A stretch of 36,220 nt of DNA, taken from the NCBI GenBank assembly GCA_044869705.1, contig JBIOXP010000377.1, positions 1 through 36,220 on the forward strand, read 5' to 3'. Shown in pieces: positions 1 through 9,114 of this stretch. The notes below the pieces were generated by a model. That model was not told where the DNA came from. It saw only the letters and a program-made list of their open reading frames with translations, and made no database searches. The translations under genes were made by a program, and so were the position numbers. The DNA comes from Candidatus Binatia bacterium (GTDB taxonomy: Bacteria > Desulfobacterota > Binatia > UBA9968). How positions within the stretch are numbered: position 1 is the first letter of the stretch; every line of letters starts with the position of its first letter.

Positions 1-116
1 ATCACAAGGGTGAAGGATTTATTTTCTCTCTTGGCCCTTTTCGCGGCTCTTTTTTCCATCAAGGTCTTCAGCGGTTTCTTTTTCTCGTTCTTCCTACTGT
101 CCTTGCCTTTGCTCAT
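1..116 (-). CDS. small Lys/Arg-rich protein, N-terminal part only (runs off window start)
   Basis: Not in the ORF track because fewer than 60 aa lie in the window. There is a reverse-strand ATG at 116-114 preceded by AAGGAG with an 8-nt spacer. It reads MSKGKDSRKNEKKKPLKTLMEKRAAKRAKRENKSFTLV... with no stop before the edge. No family recognised. Confidence 0.3.
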   Translation of the reverse strand, partial: MSKGKDSRKNEKKKPLKTLMEKRAAKRAKRENKSFTLV

Positions 117-189
117 GATGGCTACTCCTTGTGGCCGAGCGTCATAGGCTCAGCGAAAAATTTTATCAATTGACTGCACCTAGTCGGCA

Positions 190-1038
190 TCACTCGGCCG
201 CGCCCACTTTTGGACGCCACTTGTCAAAACGATGCTCGTAGCGGTCTATCACTGCGGTCAGCGTCATTCCCGAAATCGCAAAGATGAGAACTCCGACGAA
301 GACCTTGTCCGTCTGGAAGGTGGCGCCGGCGACGGTGATCATGAACCCAATCCCCGCCGTCGCTGCGTAGAGCTCGCCGACCATGACGCCGATAAGAGCG
401 CGACCGACCGCCAATCGCAGGCCGGTCAAAATGAATGGTACAGTAGATGGAAGCACGACAGACCTAAAGATTTGCCAATCCGAAGCGCCAAAGCTTCTTG
501 CCGCGGTAAGGAGATTATGCGGTGTTGTCTTCACTCCGTCGCGGGTGTTGATCAGCAAGGGGAAGACAGCGCCAAGAAAAATAATACCGACCTTGGAGAT
601 AATGCCGATGCCCAGCCAAATAATGACGAGGGGCAAGAGAGCGATTCGTGGGGTCGCGTTCATGGCGTTAACAAATGGGTCGCAAATGTAGGCGAATCGC
701 GTGTACCACCCGATCGCGATGCCAAAAGGGACGGCGACAAGAACGGAAAGCAGGTATCCCCAGACAAATTCGATGCCGCTGACGTATAAGTCGTTATAGA
801 TCTCCCCCGAAGCAAACATTTGATAAGCGGCCGTGAACACGAAAGACGGCGCACTCATGAACATGGGGTTGATGAGTTGCAGCGTATTGCCGCACAACTC
901 CCAAGCGGTCAGAAACAGGATCACGGCAGCTGCACCCAGGATCTTCTTTTCCTGGATAAGATAAAACTTATAAAGGCTTGAGGCCTCCGCCACTCTAACG
1001 TCTAATAATAACTCTTCTTGAGCCGTCTGGTTGGCCAT
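190..1038 (-). CDS. ABC transporter permease, NitT/TauT (SsuC/TauC-like) family
   Basis: 282-aa ORF with multiple hydrophobic spans. It has a binding-protein-dependent permease EAA-type loop (TAARSFGASDWQIFRSVVLPSTVPFILTGLRLAVGRALIGVMVGE). AGGAGG lies about 8 nt upstream of the ATG. Confidence 0.9.
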   Translation of the reverse strand: MANQTAQEELLLDVRVAEASSLYKFYLIQEKKILGAAAVILFLTAWELCGNTLQLINPMFMSAPSFVFTAAYQMFASGEIYNDLYVSGIEFVWGYLLSVLVAVPFGIAIGWYTRFAYICDPFVNAMNATPRIALLPLVIIWLGIGIISKVGIIFLGAVFPLLINTRDGVKTTPHNLLTAARSFGASDWQIFRSVVLPSTVPFILTGLRLAVGRALIGVMVGELYAATAGIGFMITVAGATFQTDKVFVGVLIFAISGMTLTAVIDRYEHRFDKWRPKVGAAE

Positions 1039-1416
1039 AGATCTATCCTCCTGGTTTTCGGGTCGGCAAAGTTGCTTGTCGCCCAGCCTCGCGAATCAAT
1101 AAGTCGAACTTCAGCAAATAGACCGCGCAATTTGGAGCACTGTCGATTAAACATGACGTTATTTCATACACGAGCTTAATTTACGCCGACGGTAAGAGAT
1201 TGCTGTTCAATATTAGACAAGGTTGATAATAATTATTCGTGTAGTTTTGAGCGACCGCCAAAACGAGAATATCGTGCCGATAGTGAAACGGATGATCAAC
1301 TTACCACCGGTCCTCTTGAATCATATGAAGGAGAGAGTGAAGGAGGAATGTCACGTTAATTTGGTGGGCAGTTGCCCCTGTCTAGCATAAGCTCTTAATA
1401 AGTGACAACGTGCGGT

Positions 1417-1620
1417 ATGAAGAAAACATCCAAACAAAGTCTGGCTCTATACTTAACCGTCCGTCAGACGGCTACAAAGCTCAAGGTTACACGTCAAGAT
1501 ATCCAGGAGGCAGTAAGACGGGGCCGGCTACTAGCTATGCAAACAGGTTCCGCGTTACTAATCCCGCGTTCCGCCGTCGACGCTTATGCCAAGACCCGCG
1601 CCGAAAGAGCTCCTAAATGA
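1417..1620 (+). CDS. excisionase-family helix-turn-helix DNA-binding protein
   Basis: The track ORF starts at GTG 1402; the in-frame ATG at 1417 (MKKTSKQ...) is more likely. LTVRQTATKLKVTRQDIQEAVRRGRLLAMQTGSALLIPRSAVDAY fits the Xis/MerR-type HTH_17 pattern. Confidence 0.55.
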   Translation: MKKTSKQSLALYLTVRQTATKLKVTRQDIQEAVRRGRLLAMQTGSALLIPRSAVDAYAKTRAERAPK

Positions 1621-1885
1621 GCATTGTTTACATAGGCTTGGAAAATTAGAGCCTGTCGCGGTCGAACCGACTCGGCGCGCTAAGAATCTTGGTCTCACTG
1701 GAAACACCGATCAATAATGACGTGATAGATGTCAACAAGCGTAGGGTCGACCCGTTTCTGGCGCAGTGATTGCTGTCTAATAGCGAACAAAGTTTCAAAA
1801 AAAGACGTGATCCCGGAGCAGTGGAACCAATCACGTGTGAGCGTACGGCTTTAGCCCACGACTTGCCGTCGTCTTGCGCAGAGCA

Positions 1886-2152
1886 TCAGTTTGGCGCGCG
1901 CCGGGCTTTCATGCAGTTGTTGAAAGCTTCCGCTTTGCTGCCGGCGGTCGATAGCGCCGCCTGGCGCTCGCAATCCGAAGCATCGCGGCTCAGCGTGTTG
2001 GGAGTGGGTGTCCGCGTATCGGTGGGCGAAGGCATCGTTCTTGTTTCGGCGGGCGGAGGTGTGGCGCCGCTCTCGACTGGAACGGGCGAGTAAGTACGCG
2101 CCGGAGCGCATCCGGCCAGAAGGATCGTTGCCATGAGCACTAGTTTTTTCAC
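1886..2152 (-). CDS. small secreted lipoprotein, Pro/Thr-rich, unknown function
   Basis: Track ORF is 1886..2170. The internal GTG at 2152 is preceded by AGAGGAG (5-nt spacer) and gives a canonical lipoprotein signal VKKLVLMATILLAGC (lipobox LLAG-C). The mature part has a P/T-rich linker and two Cys. Confidence 0.6.
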   Translation of the reverse strand: MKKLVLMATILLAGCAPARTYSPVPVESGATPPPAETRTMPSPTDTRTPTPNTLSRDASDCERQAALSTAGSKAEAFNNCMKARRAPN

Positions 2153-2400
2153 GCGAGCTCCTCTTTCCATGATGTTCGAGCGGCTAGCTTGATTGTGAAT
2201 GGTTTTGCATCGCGGTGCTAGTGTCCTCGCACCGAATTCTCCGAATATGTCTCATTTGTCGTCCATGCCCATGGAAAATCGGCATCCAGAGGCACGACGC
2301 GTCCGATGCGCTGGGGCAGTTTTTCACTTCTCAGATGGATAGTATGACGACGAAAAGGACAACCCTTCGATTGCCCCTTTCGTGTACGTAGATCGTTAAC

Positions 2401-3747
2401 TCAGGCGCCGAGAGCTTTATGAAGTTGAACGAATGACTGGAGCTGTGCCTGCCGGTTCGAGATCTGGTTGTCCTGCTGTAGATAAAGGCTCCGTTGTGTA
2501 TCGAGGAGCGTCAGGTAGTCGATGGCGCCCGCATCGAAGCGTGCTTTGGCAATGTCGTAGGCATTTTGCGATTCTTTGACCGACTGCACCGAAAGAGCCG
2601 CCTGTTCGTTGTTGTTCTTGAGCGTGGCGAGCGCATCTTCCACTTCTTGAAACGCGATAAGAACGGTTTTCTGATACTGCGCAGCAAGCTCTTTTTGACG
2701 CGCGGTCACGGCTTCTAGATTTCCAGTAAGCCTGCCACCAGTAAAAATCGGCGCGAGTAAGCTCGACGTCAGTGATGTCGCCGCGGCGGCCGGCCCGCCG
2801 AATCCTGCGGCAATCGCAGTATCGACGCCGAGTGTCAATGACGGAAAGAATTGTGCCCGTGCCACGCCGATATCCGCATTGGCTGCACGCAGACTCGCCT
2901 CGGCGCTCTGAATGTCCGGTCGAGCCGTCAGCAATGTCGCCGGCGGCGTCAAATCAACCTGCGGCATTGTCAATGTCGTGAGATCTCCGGCCGGAACCGT
3001 GAGATCTTGCGGCGCTCGACCCAGTAAAATCGCCAGAGCATTGGCGGTCGTGCTCCGCGCCTGCACGAGGGCCGAGACCGCGGCGCGAAAATTATTTACC
3101 GCGACGCGCTGTTGCGAGACTTCCAGCCCCGACAAGCTCCCCTGAGCAAAGCGCGCCTCAGTGATGCGCAGGATTTCCTCGGCATTTTTCAGATTAAATT
3201 CTGCGATACGGATGCGGTCGTTGAGGCTCAGAAGCTGAGTGTAAAAGTCGGTAGCGTCGGAGGTTACCACGAGGCGGAGCGCCTCGCGGTCGAACTGAAC
3301 TGCGTCGGCGCTATAGTTTGCCGACTTGGCCTGGTTGCGGTTTTTGCCCCAGAGATCGAGCTCGTAGCTAAGGCTACCCCCACCGCGAACCGAGTGAACG
3401 TCCGTCGAGTTTTGAAATGTCTGAGATGCCGAGCCGCTTGCGTTGACCGTCGGATAGAGCGGCGCCGCCGCAACCTTAGCGAGTGCTCGCGCTTGATCGA
3501 TGCGGTGCAGTGCGACCTCTAGGTCGAGATTCTGCGCGAGGGCGGTTTCCACCAGGCGATCGAGATCGGCATTGCCAAACTGCTGCCAGAAAGGGGTCGC
3601 GCTTGGTTGGTCATTGAGGCTAACGCCGGCGACAGTCGACCACCCGTTAGGGATGGCCATGTCCGGCCGCTGGTAATTCGGCGCCAGGCTGCAGGCTGAC
3701 AACGCCAGGGAAAAAACGATCGTGCCGCTCACCAATGATTTACGCAT
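2401..3747 (-). CDS. efflux outer-membrane factor lipoprotein, NodT/TolC family
   Basis: Track ORF is 2401..3759 with a GTG start. The ATG at 3747 has GAGG 6 nt upstream and gives the signal MRKSLVSGTIVFSLALSAC (lipobox). Length (about 450 aa) and the duplicated OEP-type helical repeat pattern fit outer-membrane factors. It lies directly downstream of macB. Confidence 0.9.
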   Translation of the reverse strand: MRKSLVSGTIVFSLALSACSLAPNYQRPDMAIPNGWSTVAGVSLNDQPSATPFWQQFGNADLDRLVETALAQNLDLEVALHRIDQARALAKVAAAPLYPTVNASGSASQTFQNSTDVHSVRGGGSLSYELDLWGKNRNQAKSANYSADAVQFDREALRLVVTSDATDFYTQLLSLNDRIRIAEFNLKNAEEILRITEARFAQGSLSGLEVSQQRVAVNNFRAAVSALVQARSTTANALAILLGRAPQDLTVPAGDLTTLTMPQVDLTPPATLLTARPDIQSAEASLRAANADIGVARAQFFPSLTLGVDTAIAAGFGGPAAAATSLTSSLLAPIFTGGRLTGNLEAVTARQKELAAQYQKTVLIAFQEVEDALATLKNNNEQAALSVQSVKESQNAYDIAKARFDAGAIDYLTLLDTQRSLYLQQDNQISNRQAQLQSFVQLHKALGA

Positions 3748-3755
3748 AATCCACC

Positions 3756-5690
3756 TCACTCGGAAGCTAACGCAATCACCGGATCGAGTTGCGCCGCTTT
3801 GCGCGCGGGCAAGTACCCGAAGATCAATCCGGTGGCTGATGCGCAGGCAAAAGCCAACACCGCCGGTGTAATTGAGAAGATGACTGCCATGCCGCTGTAA
3901 CGAAGAATCATGCCCGCACCGATCCCTATCAGGATGCCGAGAATGCCTCCGGCGGCGCAGACCACGGCCGCTTCGATGTTGAATTGCAGCAGGATGTCGC
4001 GCATGCGCGCGCCGGTGGCCATGCGGATACCGATTTCCCGGGTGCGCTCGACGACACTGACGAGCATGATGTTCATGACACCGATGCCGCCCACCAGCAG
4101 CGAAATTGCGGCGACGGTTCCGAGGAGCAAAGTGAAGGTGTCTTGGGTTTCCATCGCGGCCTGCAGAAAAGACGCCATATTACGAACGCTAAAATCTTCA
4201 GTCTTGTGGCGCTCGCGCAGTAAATTTTCGACGCTCTGCTGGGTCGCCTCGATATCCGCGGCGTCTTTGACTTTGATCGTGATGCTGCTCAGGTAGTTCT
4301 TACCGAAGAGCCGCACCAGCCCAGTGGTGATCGGTACGAAAATCACATCGTCCTGATCGCTGCCATTGGGCGATGCGCCTTTTTCGGTCATGACGCCGGT
4401 GACCAGGAACGGGACGTTCTTGAGCAAGATATACTTACCTACCGGACTGTCGCCGTTCGGAAACATCGTTTTTGCCACTGTGCGTCCGAGCACGACGACG
4501 GCTGCGTAATGTTTCATATCGTCGCCATTGAAAAACTGTCCTTCGGCCACGGGCCAATCGCGTGCCGAGGGAAAATCCTCACCGGTGCCCTGAACCGAGG
4601 TCTGATAGTCAATGTTGCCAAGTCGCACCGTTGCGCGACCGCTGCGCTCGGGTAAGGCCGCATCGATGTTGGGCAGCGCTTTGATGGCGGCCGCATCGTC
4701 CGGCACGAGTGTCGCAATGTCGCCCGTGTTGCGGATCCCGGCGGCGCCGGGACGGATCAGCATCAAATTCGTCCCGAAGGAGCTGATCCGATCGAGAACT
4801 TTCTGCCGGCTGCCTTCGCCGACCGCGAGCATAGCGACGACTGCGGCGACGCCGATGATGATACCGAGCAGCGTTAAAACGGTGCGGAAGAGATTCACGC
4901 GGAGCGAACGCCACGCCGTCACCAGCGCTTCTTGCATGCTCGCCGCGAGGCTCACACCTTCCCGCAGATTACGATCCTCTACCGCAGTCGTGCCGTGTTC
5001 TTTTGTGCGACCGCTATCCTCGAGAATCCGACCGTCCTGAATGCGCACGATACGCCCGGCATGCTGCGCGACAGTTTCAGCGTGGGTAATCAGGATAATT
5101 GTTCGACCTTCGGCATGAAGCTGCTTGAGCAGCGCCAGCACCTCGTCGCCGCTCCGGCTGTCGAGTGCGCCGGTAGGCTCGTCGGCGAGAATTACCGGGG
5201 GATCATTGACCAGAGCGCGCGCGATCGCGACACGCTGCTGCTGGCCGCCGGAGAGTTCGGCGGGACGATGATCGGTCCGATCTCCGAGTCCGAGGCGCTC
5301 GAGCAGTTTGACCGCACGCTCGGTGCGCTTGTGCTTGGCAAGGCCGGCGTAAACCGACGGAATTTGAACATTCTCGCCAGCCGTGGCCGTAGCGAGAAGG
5401 TTATAACGCTGAAACACGAAACCAAAAGTTTCCCGTCGGAGCGCTGCAAGCTCGTCCGGCGAAAGATGTGCGGCTTCTTTGCCCAATACCCGGTAGCTTC
5501 CTGACGTTGGCCGGTCGAGACAACCGATGATGTTCATCAGTGTCGATTTACCGGAGCCGGATTGCCCCATGATGGCGACGAATTCGCCGCGTTCGATCGA
5601 GAGTGAAACTCCATCGAGAGCGCGGACGGTGGTATCGCCGTTCTGGTAGTGCTTATGGACGTCGGTCAATTCGAGAATGATGGCGCTCAT
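3756..5690 (-). CDS. macB: MacB-type ABC exporter, fused ATPase plus FtsX-type permease
   Basis: 644 aa. Walker [13 protein letters not shown] signature [15 protein letters not shown], Walker [12 protein letters not shown]. The C-terminal half has a large periplasmic domain and FtsX-like TM helices. Its start overlaps the stop of the upstream macA fragment by 4 nt. Confidence 0.95.
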   Translation of the reverse strand: MSAIILELTDVHKHYQNGDTTVRALDGVSLSIERGEFVAIMGQSGSGKSTLMNIIGCLDRPTSGSYRVLGKEAAHLSPDELAALRRETFGFVFQRYNLLATATAGENVQIPSVYAGLAKHKRTERAVKLLERLGLGDRTDHRPAELSGGQQQRVAIARALVNDPPVILADEPTGALDSRSGDEVLALLKQLHAEGRTIILITHAETVAQHAGRIVRIQDGRILEDSGRTKEHGTTAVEDRNLREGVSLAASMQEALVTAWRSLRVNLFRTVLTLLGIIIGVAAVVAMLAVGEGSRQKVLDRISSFGTNLMLIRPGAAGIRNTGDIATLVPDDAAAIKALPNIDAALPERSGRATVRLGNIDYQTSVQGTGEDFPSARDWPVAEGQFFNGDDMKHYAAVVVLGRTVAKTMFPNGDSPVGKYILLKNVPFLVTGVMTEKGASPNGSDQDDVIFVPITTGLVRLFGKNYLSSITIKVKDAADIEATQQSVENLLRERHKTEDFSVRNMASFLQAAMETQDTFTLLLGTVAAISLLVGGIGVMNIMLVSVVERTREIGIRMATGARMRDILLQFNIEAAVVCAAGGILGILIGIGAGMILRYSGMAVIFSITPAVLAFACASATGLIFGYLPARKAAQLDPVIALASE

Positions 5691-6945
5691 AACTGTGGTC
5701 CTCGGTTAAACCGCGGCGCGTTGGTGCGATTGGTGTTGCCCTGCTGCGTGGCGGTGTTCGCGTTCGGATTGCCGGCGGGCCGGTTGACAACTATGCGTTC
5801 GCCTTCTTTCAATCCGTCGATTACCTGGGCTTGGGTGCGGGTCTGGAGGCCGACATGGATGATGCGCTGCTCGCGACCCTTCTCTGTGGCTACGGCGACC
5901 CGGTAGGCTTTGCCGTTGGCGTTGTCTTCTTTTGCGGCGCGCCGAGTCAGCACTTCCGCCGGGACGATCACGGCGTTGTCGGCTAGCCCAGGATGAAAAA
6001 CACCTGTGTCGTCATGCCGGTTTTGAGCTGGCGGCCTTCGTTCTTAACGTCGATCAGAACGTCGTAGAGAACCACGTCGTTTACGACCTCCGGCGAGGGC
6101 TGAATCTGACGAACCGTGCCTTGCCAGCGCTGGTCGCTGTCGCCCAGAGTGGTGAAATAGGCAGGCATGTTTTCCTTCAAGCGGTTAACATCGGCTTCGG
6201 CGACCTGAGCGCGCACGGTCATGGTATCTAAATTCGCCACCTGCATGACGGTCGGCGTCGTCTGGTTGGCATTCAACGTTTGGCCTTCTTTGGTCGGGAG
6301 CGTGGTTACCGTTCCATCCATCGGCGCGTAGATCTTGGTGAAGCCCAAGTTGGTTTGGCTCGCTTTGAGATTGGATTGGGTCTCTTGAATCTGCGCGGCA
6401 ATCGAATCGACCTGCGCCTTGGCAACCGCCGCCTGAGATTCCGTTTCCTGCAACGCTTGCTGGCTGACCGCATTCACCGCGATGAGATTTTGATTGCGCT
6501 TAAGATTCTGGTCGGCCAGAACGGCTTCCGCCTTCTGCTGATTGAGTTGGGCGCGCAAGCTATTGAGCTTGGCTTCGCCGGCTTCCACCTGTGCCTGGTA
6601 AACACGCGGGTCGATCTCGGCGAGGAGCTGGCCCTTATGGACACTGTCTCCGATATCGACGTGGATTTTTTTTAGCTGTCCGGAAACCTGTGTGCCGACA
6701 TCGACGTATTGTTTAGGTTCCAGCTTGCCCTGGGCGGTAACCACTTCCTCGATTGTGCCTCGGGTGACTGTAATTGGCACCAGATTTTCGCGCCGCTTGT
6801 TTTGCGCGGCGGCGCTGTACCAGTACCAGCCACCGATGCCAATCGCGACTGCGGCTAAAAGGACAATCAGTTTTGTTCGTTGAGATTTCACCCTTGCGAG
6901 CATTAGGTTCCATTTCATATCCGTTATGCCTCCCACCGCTGTCAT
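5687..6945 (-). pseudogene. macA: MacA-type periplasmic adaptor (HlyD/membrane-fusion protein), interrupted by a 1-nt frameshift
   Basis: There are two adjacent ORFs in different frames. 5983..6945 (320 aa) carries the N-terminal TM, coiled-coil and barrel and ends ...MTTQVFFILG*. 5687..5971 (94 aa) begins ...(LADNA)VIVPAEVLT, the usual continuation of an MFP beta-barrel/membrane-proximal domain. The sum of about 414 aa fits a normal MFP. The likely true start is ATG 6918 (MKWNLM..., GGGAGG 10 nt upstream). Confidence 0.8.
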
Positions 6946-6989
6946 CTCTTAATACGACCGCGCGGCGCTTAGTCTTCGGCTCGGTAATT

Positions 6990-7018
6990 CAAAAAAAAAC
7001 ACCGGAAATACCGGTGTT
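6990..7018 (-). terminator. rho-independent terminator after the ECF sigma operon
   Basis: On the minus strand: AAACACCGG-TATTT-CCGGTGTTT, a perfect 9-bp stem with a 5-nt loop, followed directly by a run of 9 T (plus-strand A-run 6990-6998). It lies 30 nt downstream of the stop at 7048. Confidence 0.85.
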
Positions 7019-7047
7019 TGGGACGTACGCTATTTGACTCAGAGGGG

Positions 7048-7476
7048 CTATCGGCTGGTCGGACGGCGCAGTAAATCGGCGAACATTCGGCGTTCGTCGG
7101 GCGAAAGCTCTTTTGCCGCCTGTTTGACTGCCTGGCCGATTTGCTTGAACATCTGCTCACGGGATTGGTCGAACTTGGCGACTTCCCGGTCATAGGCTGC
7201 TTCATCGAAGCGCTCCGCAGCCAATATCCGAAGGGCTTCCGTGCGGGATGCATCCATTTGATCCCGAAGTGGATCCCCGGCAGCACGGATGCGAGAAAAA
7301 AGCGCGCGAATGTGAGATTGAGCGGGTTCGGGGAGTTTCTTCAGCCCCTGTTCCATCCTTTCCTGGCGCGAAGGAGTTCCGGAAAAACTTCGCGGCACAT
7401 GGCCCAAAAAAACGCCGAGGAACATAAGGTTCAAAATCAGGGAGGCAAAAAATACGAGTTTGGCCGTTGTGCTCAT
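7048..7476 (-). CDS. periplasmic Spy/CpxP/ZraP/CnrX-like sensor or chaperone (heavy-metal-resistance fold)
   Basis: 142 aa with an N-terminal TM/signal anchor (LVFFASLILNLMFLGVFLG), then an all-helical charged domain. It has degenerate LTxxQ-type motifs (LPEPAQ, LSPDERRMFADLL). It overlaps the upstream anti-sigma ORF by 4 nt. Confidence 0.6.
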   Translation of the reverse strand: MSTTAKLVFFASLILNLMFLGVFLGHVPRSFSGTPSRQERMEQGLKKLPEPAQSHIRALFSRIRAAGDPLRDQMDASRTEALRILAAERFDEAAYDREVAKFDQSREQMFKQIGQAVKQAAKELSPDERRMFADLLRRPTSR

Positions 7477-7796
7477 AACATCGCCTCGTCTACGGCCAAG
7501 AAGCTTTGTGCTGCTACAACATCTTTGCCGCTCGTATCGTTATCCTGTGGGGTGCTGAAGCCGATCACCAGGCCAACCGCCAGCGCGCTGGCCAGGACAT
7601 AAGCAGGCTTCGGCAGGTGGAATTCGGCGCAAAGGTCCCGAATCGATTGCCATAACGAAACAGACTTTATCTGCGGCACCTGCTGTGCCCGCAAAATGAT
7701 CCTTTGCGCCAGATCGGAACTCGCCGGGGTCAGCTTCCGCTGCCGTAACCAGAGATCAAGCTTATCATCGCGCTTGTCGTTCATGGCCATAAGCAC
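7473..7796 (-). CDS. putative anti-sigma factor, single-pass membrane protein
   Basis: 107 aa, abutting the ECF sigma stop at 7798. It has a charged N-terminal segment, then one TM (AYVLASALAVGLVIGF). Alternative starts are ATG 7790 and ATG 7784 (GAGGTG upstream). The call rests on position and topology only. Confidence 0.5.
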   Translation of the reverse strand: MLMAMNDKRDDKLDLWLRQRKLTPASSDLAQRIILRAQQVPQIKSVSLWQSIRDLCAEFHLPKPAYVLASALAVGLVIGFSTPQDNDTSGKDVVAAQSFLAVDEAML

Positions 7797-7797
7797 C

Positions 7798-8352
7798 TCA
7801 TAAAATACTTGCTAGGCGCGCTTTCAACGTCGTTTTGCCGCGCATGATTAAAGATTGAAGCGCTTTGAGATTAATTCCCATGATTTCGGCCGCTTCCTGA
7901 TTAGTCAAACCTTCGTCAAAACACAGGTTCAAAGCGATTCGTTGCCGTTCAGGCAGTGCCGCGATCTCTTTTTCGAGCATTTTCTGCTCCTGCGCTCGGA
8001 TCATCGTTTCGTCCATCGGTTCGCGTTCGTCGATGAGCTGCGTTCCATCGTCCAGCGGGCCGGGAGTCTTCCGCTTGCGTAAATCGAGACACAAATTCAC
8101 CACGATGCGGTAAAACCAAGTGGTGAATTTGCTGTTTTTCTCCGGTCGCCAAACCCCTGGACTTTGCCAGAGTTTGATGAACGCGTCCTGCACCACGTCC
8201 TCGGCTGCTTCCCGGCTCTGTAGATATCGATAGGCGAGACGGTAAAAGCGTTGGCTGTGGCGCTCGACCAGGGTCGAAAAGGCTTGGCTGCTGCCGTTCT
8301 GAATTAATGAGAGAAGCTCGTTGTCGTCTTTCTCCGGCCAAGCTGTCGCCAT
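7798..8352 (-). CDS. ECF-type RNA polymerase sigma-70 family factor
   Basis: 184 aa. Region 2 reads FYRLAYRYL...AEDVVQDAFIKLW...FTTWFYRIVVNLCLD. Region 4 HTH reads QRIALNLCFDEGLTNQEAAEIMGINLKALQSLIMRGKTTL. Confidence 0.9.
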   Translation of the reverse strand: MATAWPEKDDNELLSLIQNGSSQAFSTLVERHSQRFYRLAYRYLQSREAAEDVVQDAFIKLWQSPGVWRPEKNSKFTTWFYRIVVNLCLDLRKRKTPGPLDDGTQLIDEREPMDETMIRAQEQKMLEKEIAALPERQRIALNLCFDEGLTNQEAAEIMGINLKALQSLIMRGKTTLKARLASIL

Positions 8353-8359
8353 GGGTTAG

Positions 8360-8386
8360 TTTAGAAGTTCTGAGGATGTAGTTTCC
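8360..8386 (-). promoter_or_regulatory. possible ECF-type promoter immediately upstream of the sigma gene
   Basis: The minus strand reads GGAAAC-N15-TCTAAA. The -10-like element ends only 7 nt before the ATG and there is no Shine-Dalgarno, so this would be a leaderless or very short leader. Motif resemblance only. Confidence 0.2.
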
Positions 8387-8496
8387 GAGCTTGATCATAC
8401 TACCTGCGCGCTTCGAAAATAAGGCTGAATACAAACCGTTCAATGAGTGATACGAATGGAGGTGATAAAGTCTTCGGGACGGCAAGTCTCGCTTTT

Positions 8497-9114
8497 TCAG
8501 GGGTTTCCGGCCGATCGGCTCGAAACCCATCCGAGAAATCGCTCTCTGTCGCGAATGGAAGAGGCATCCAGTGAGCACCATGGATAGGTTCCGCCATAAA
8601 GCCGCGCAGTCGGCGCGAACCCGTACACGATTGGAACCAAATCGCGGAGCGTATCATACCAGGCACGCCGTTCATCCCGGTCGAAGGGGTCATCGTCTCG
8701 AGTGTCGAGGCGGCGGCACAGATCACGCCACTCGCTCAGCGAAAAGCCCAGCTGTACGCATTCCGGATACAACGAAAGAGTGATCAGACGCGGGCGCGAG
8801 AAGTGTTGGTTCTCGTCAAATTCTAGGATAAAAGGCGGAGCTGAAACGTAGTAATCGCAGGGCGGAACAAGCGGGCTCTTGATGAAGTCGCGATGGCCGC
8901 GGAAGTCCTCCAGACCTGACTGAATCCGTTCCAATGCCGGGCCGATCGGCGTCGTGACGTAGTCGCGCGGCGAGGCTGACCAGCCAAACGAATAATTCTG
9001 ATGGCACCGGCCATAGATCGCTTCCAGCATTTCGCCGACCCGCTGTTTGCATAGCCGGCAGTGGCTGGAATGTGAATTATTGTTCAAGCTGTTCAATCGC
9101 TTTGCTCGCTTCAA
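8497..9114 (-). CDS. hypothetical protein with a Vsr/DUF559-like PD-(D/E)XK nuclease core motif
   Basis: 205-aa ORF with a TTG start; an alternative ATG at 9030 gives 177 aa. PPCDYYVSAPPFILEFDENQHF resembles the D...(I/V)E(F/V)D(G/E)xQH core of DUF559/Vsr-type endonucleases. There is an N-terminal CRLC...C cluster. No other family recognised. Confidence 0.5.
   Translation of the reverse strand: MKRAKRLNSLNNNSHSSHCRLCKQRVGEMLEAIYGRCHQNYSFGWSASPRDYVTTPIGPALERIQSGLEDFRGHRDFIKSPLVPPCDYYVSAPPFILEFDENQHFSRPRLITLSLYPECVQLGFSLSEWRDLCRRLDTRDDDPFDRDERRAWYDTLRDLVPIVYGFAPTARLYGGTYPWCSLDASSIRDRERFLGWVSSRSAGNP

Noticed and set aside
2340-2400. A hairpin (CGAAAGGG...CCTTTTCG on the minus strand) as the terminator of the mac operon.
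   Set aside because: It has a 16-nt loop, a G-U pair and no following T-run, so the support is too weak.
7949-8726. 210-aa and 108-aa minus-strand ORFs (7949-8581, 8400-8726).
   Set aside because: They are alternative frames overlapping the ECF sigma gene and the 3' end of the nuclease-like gene. They are Arg/Ser/Pro-rich with no motifs.
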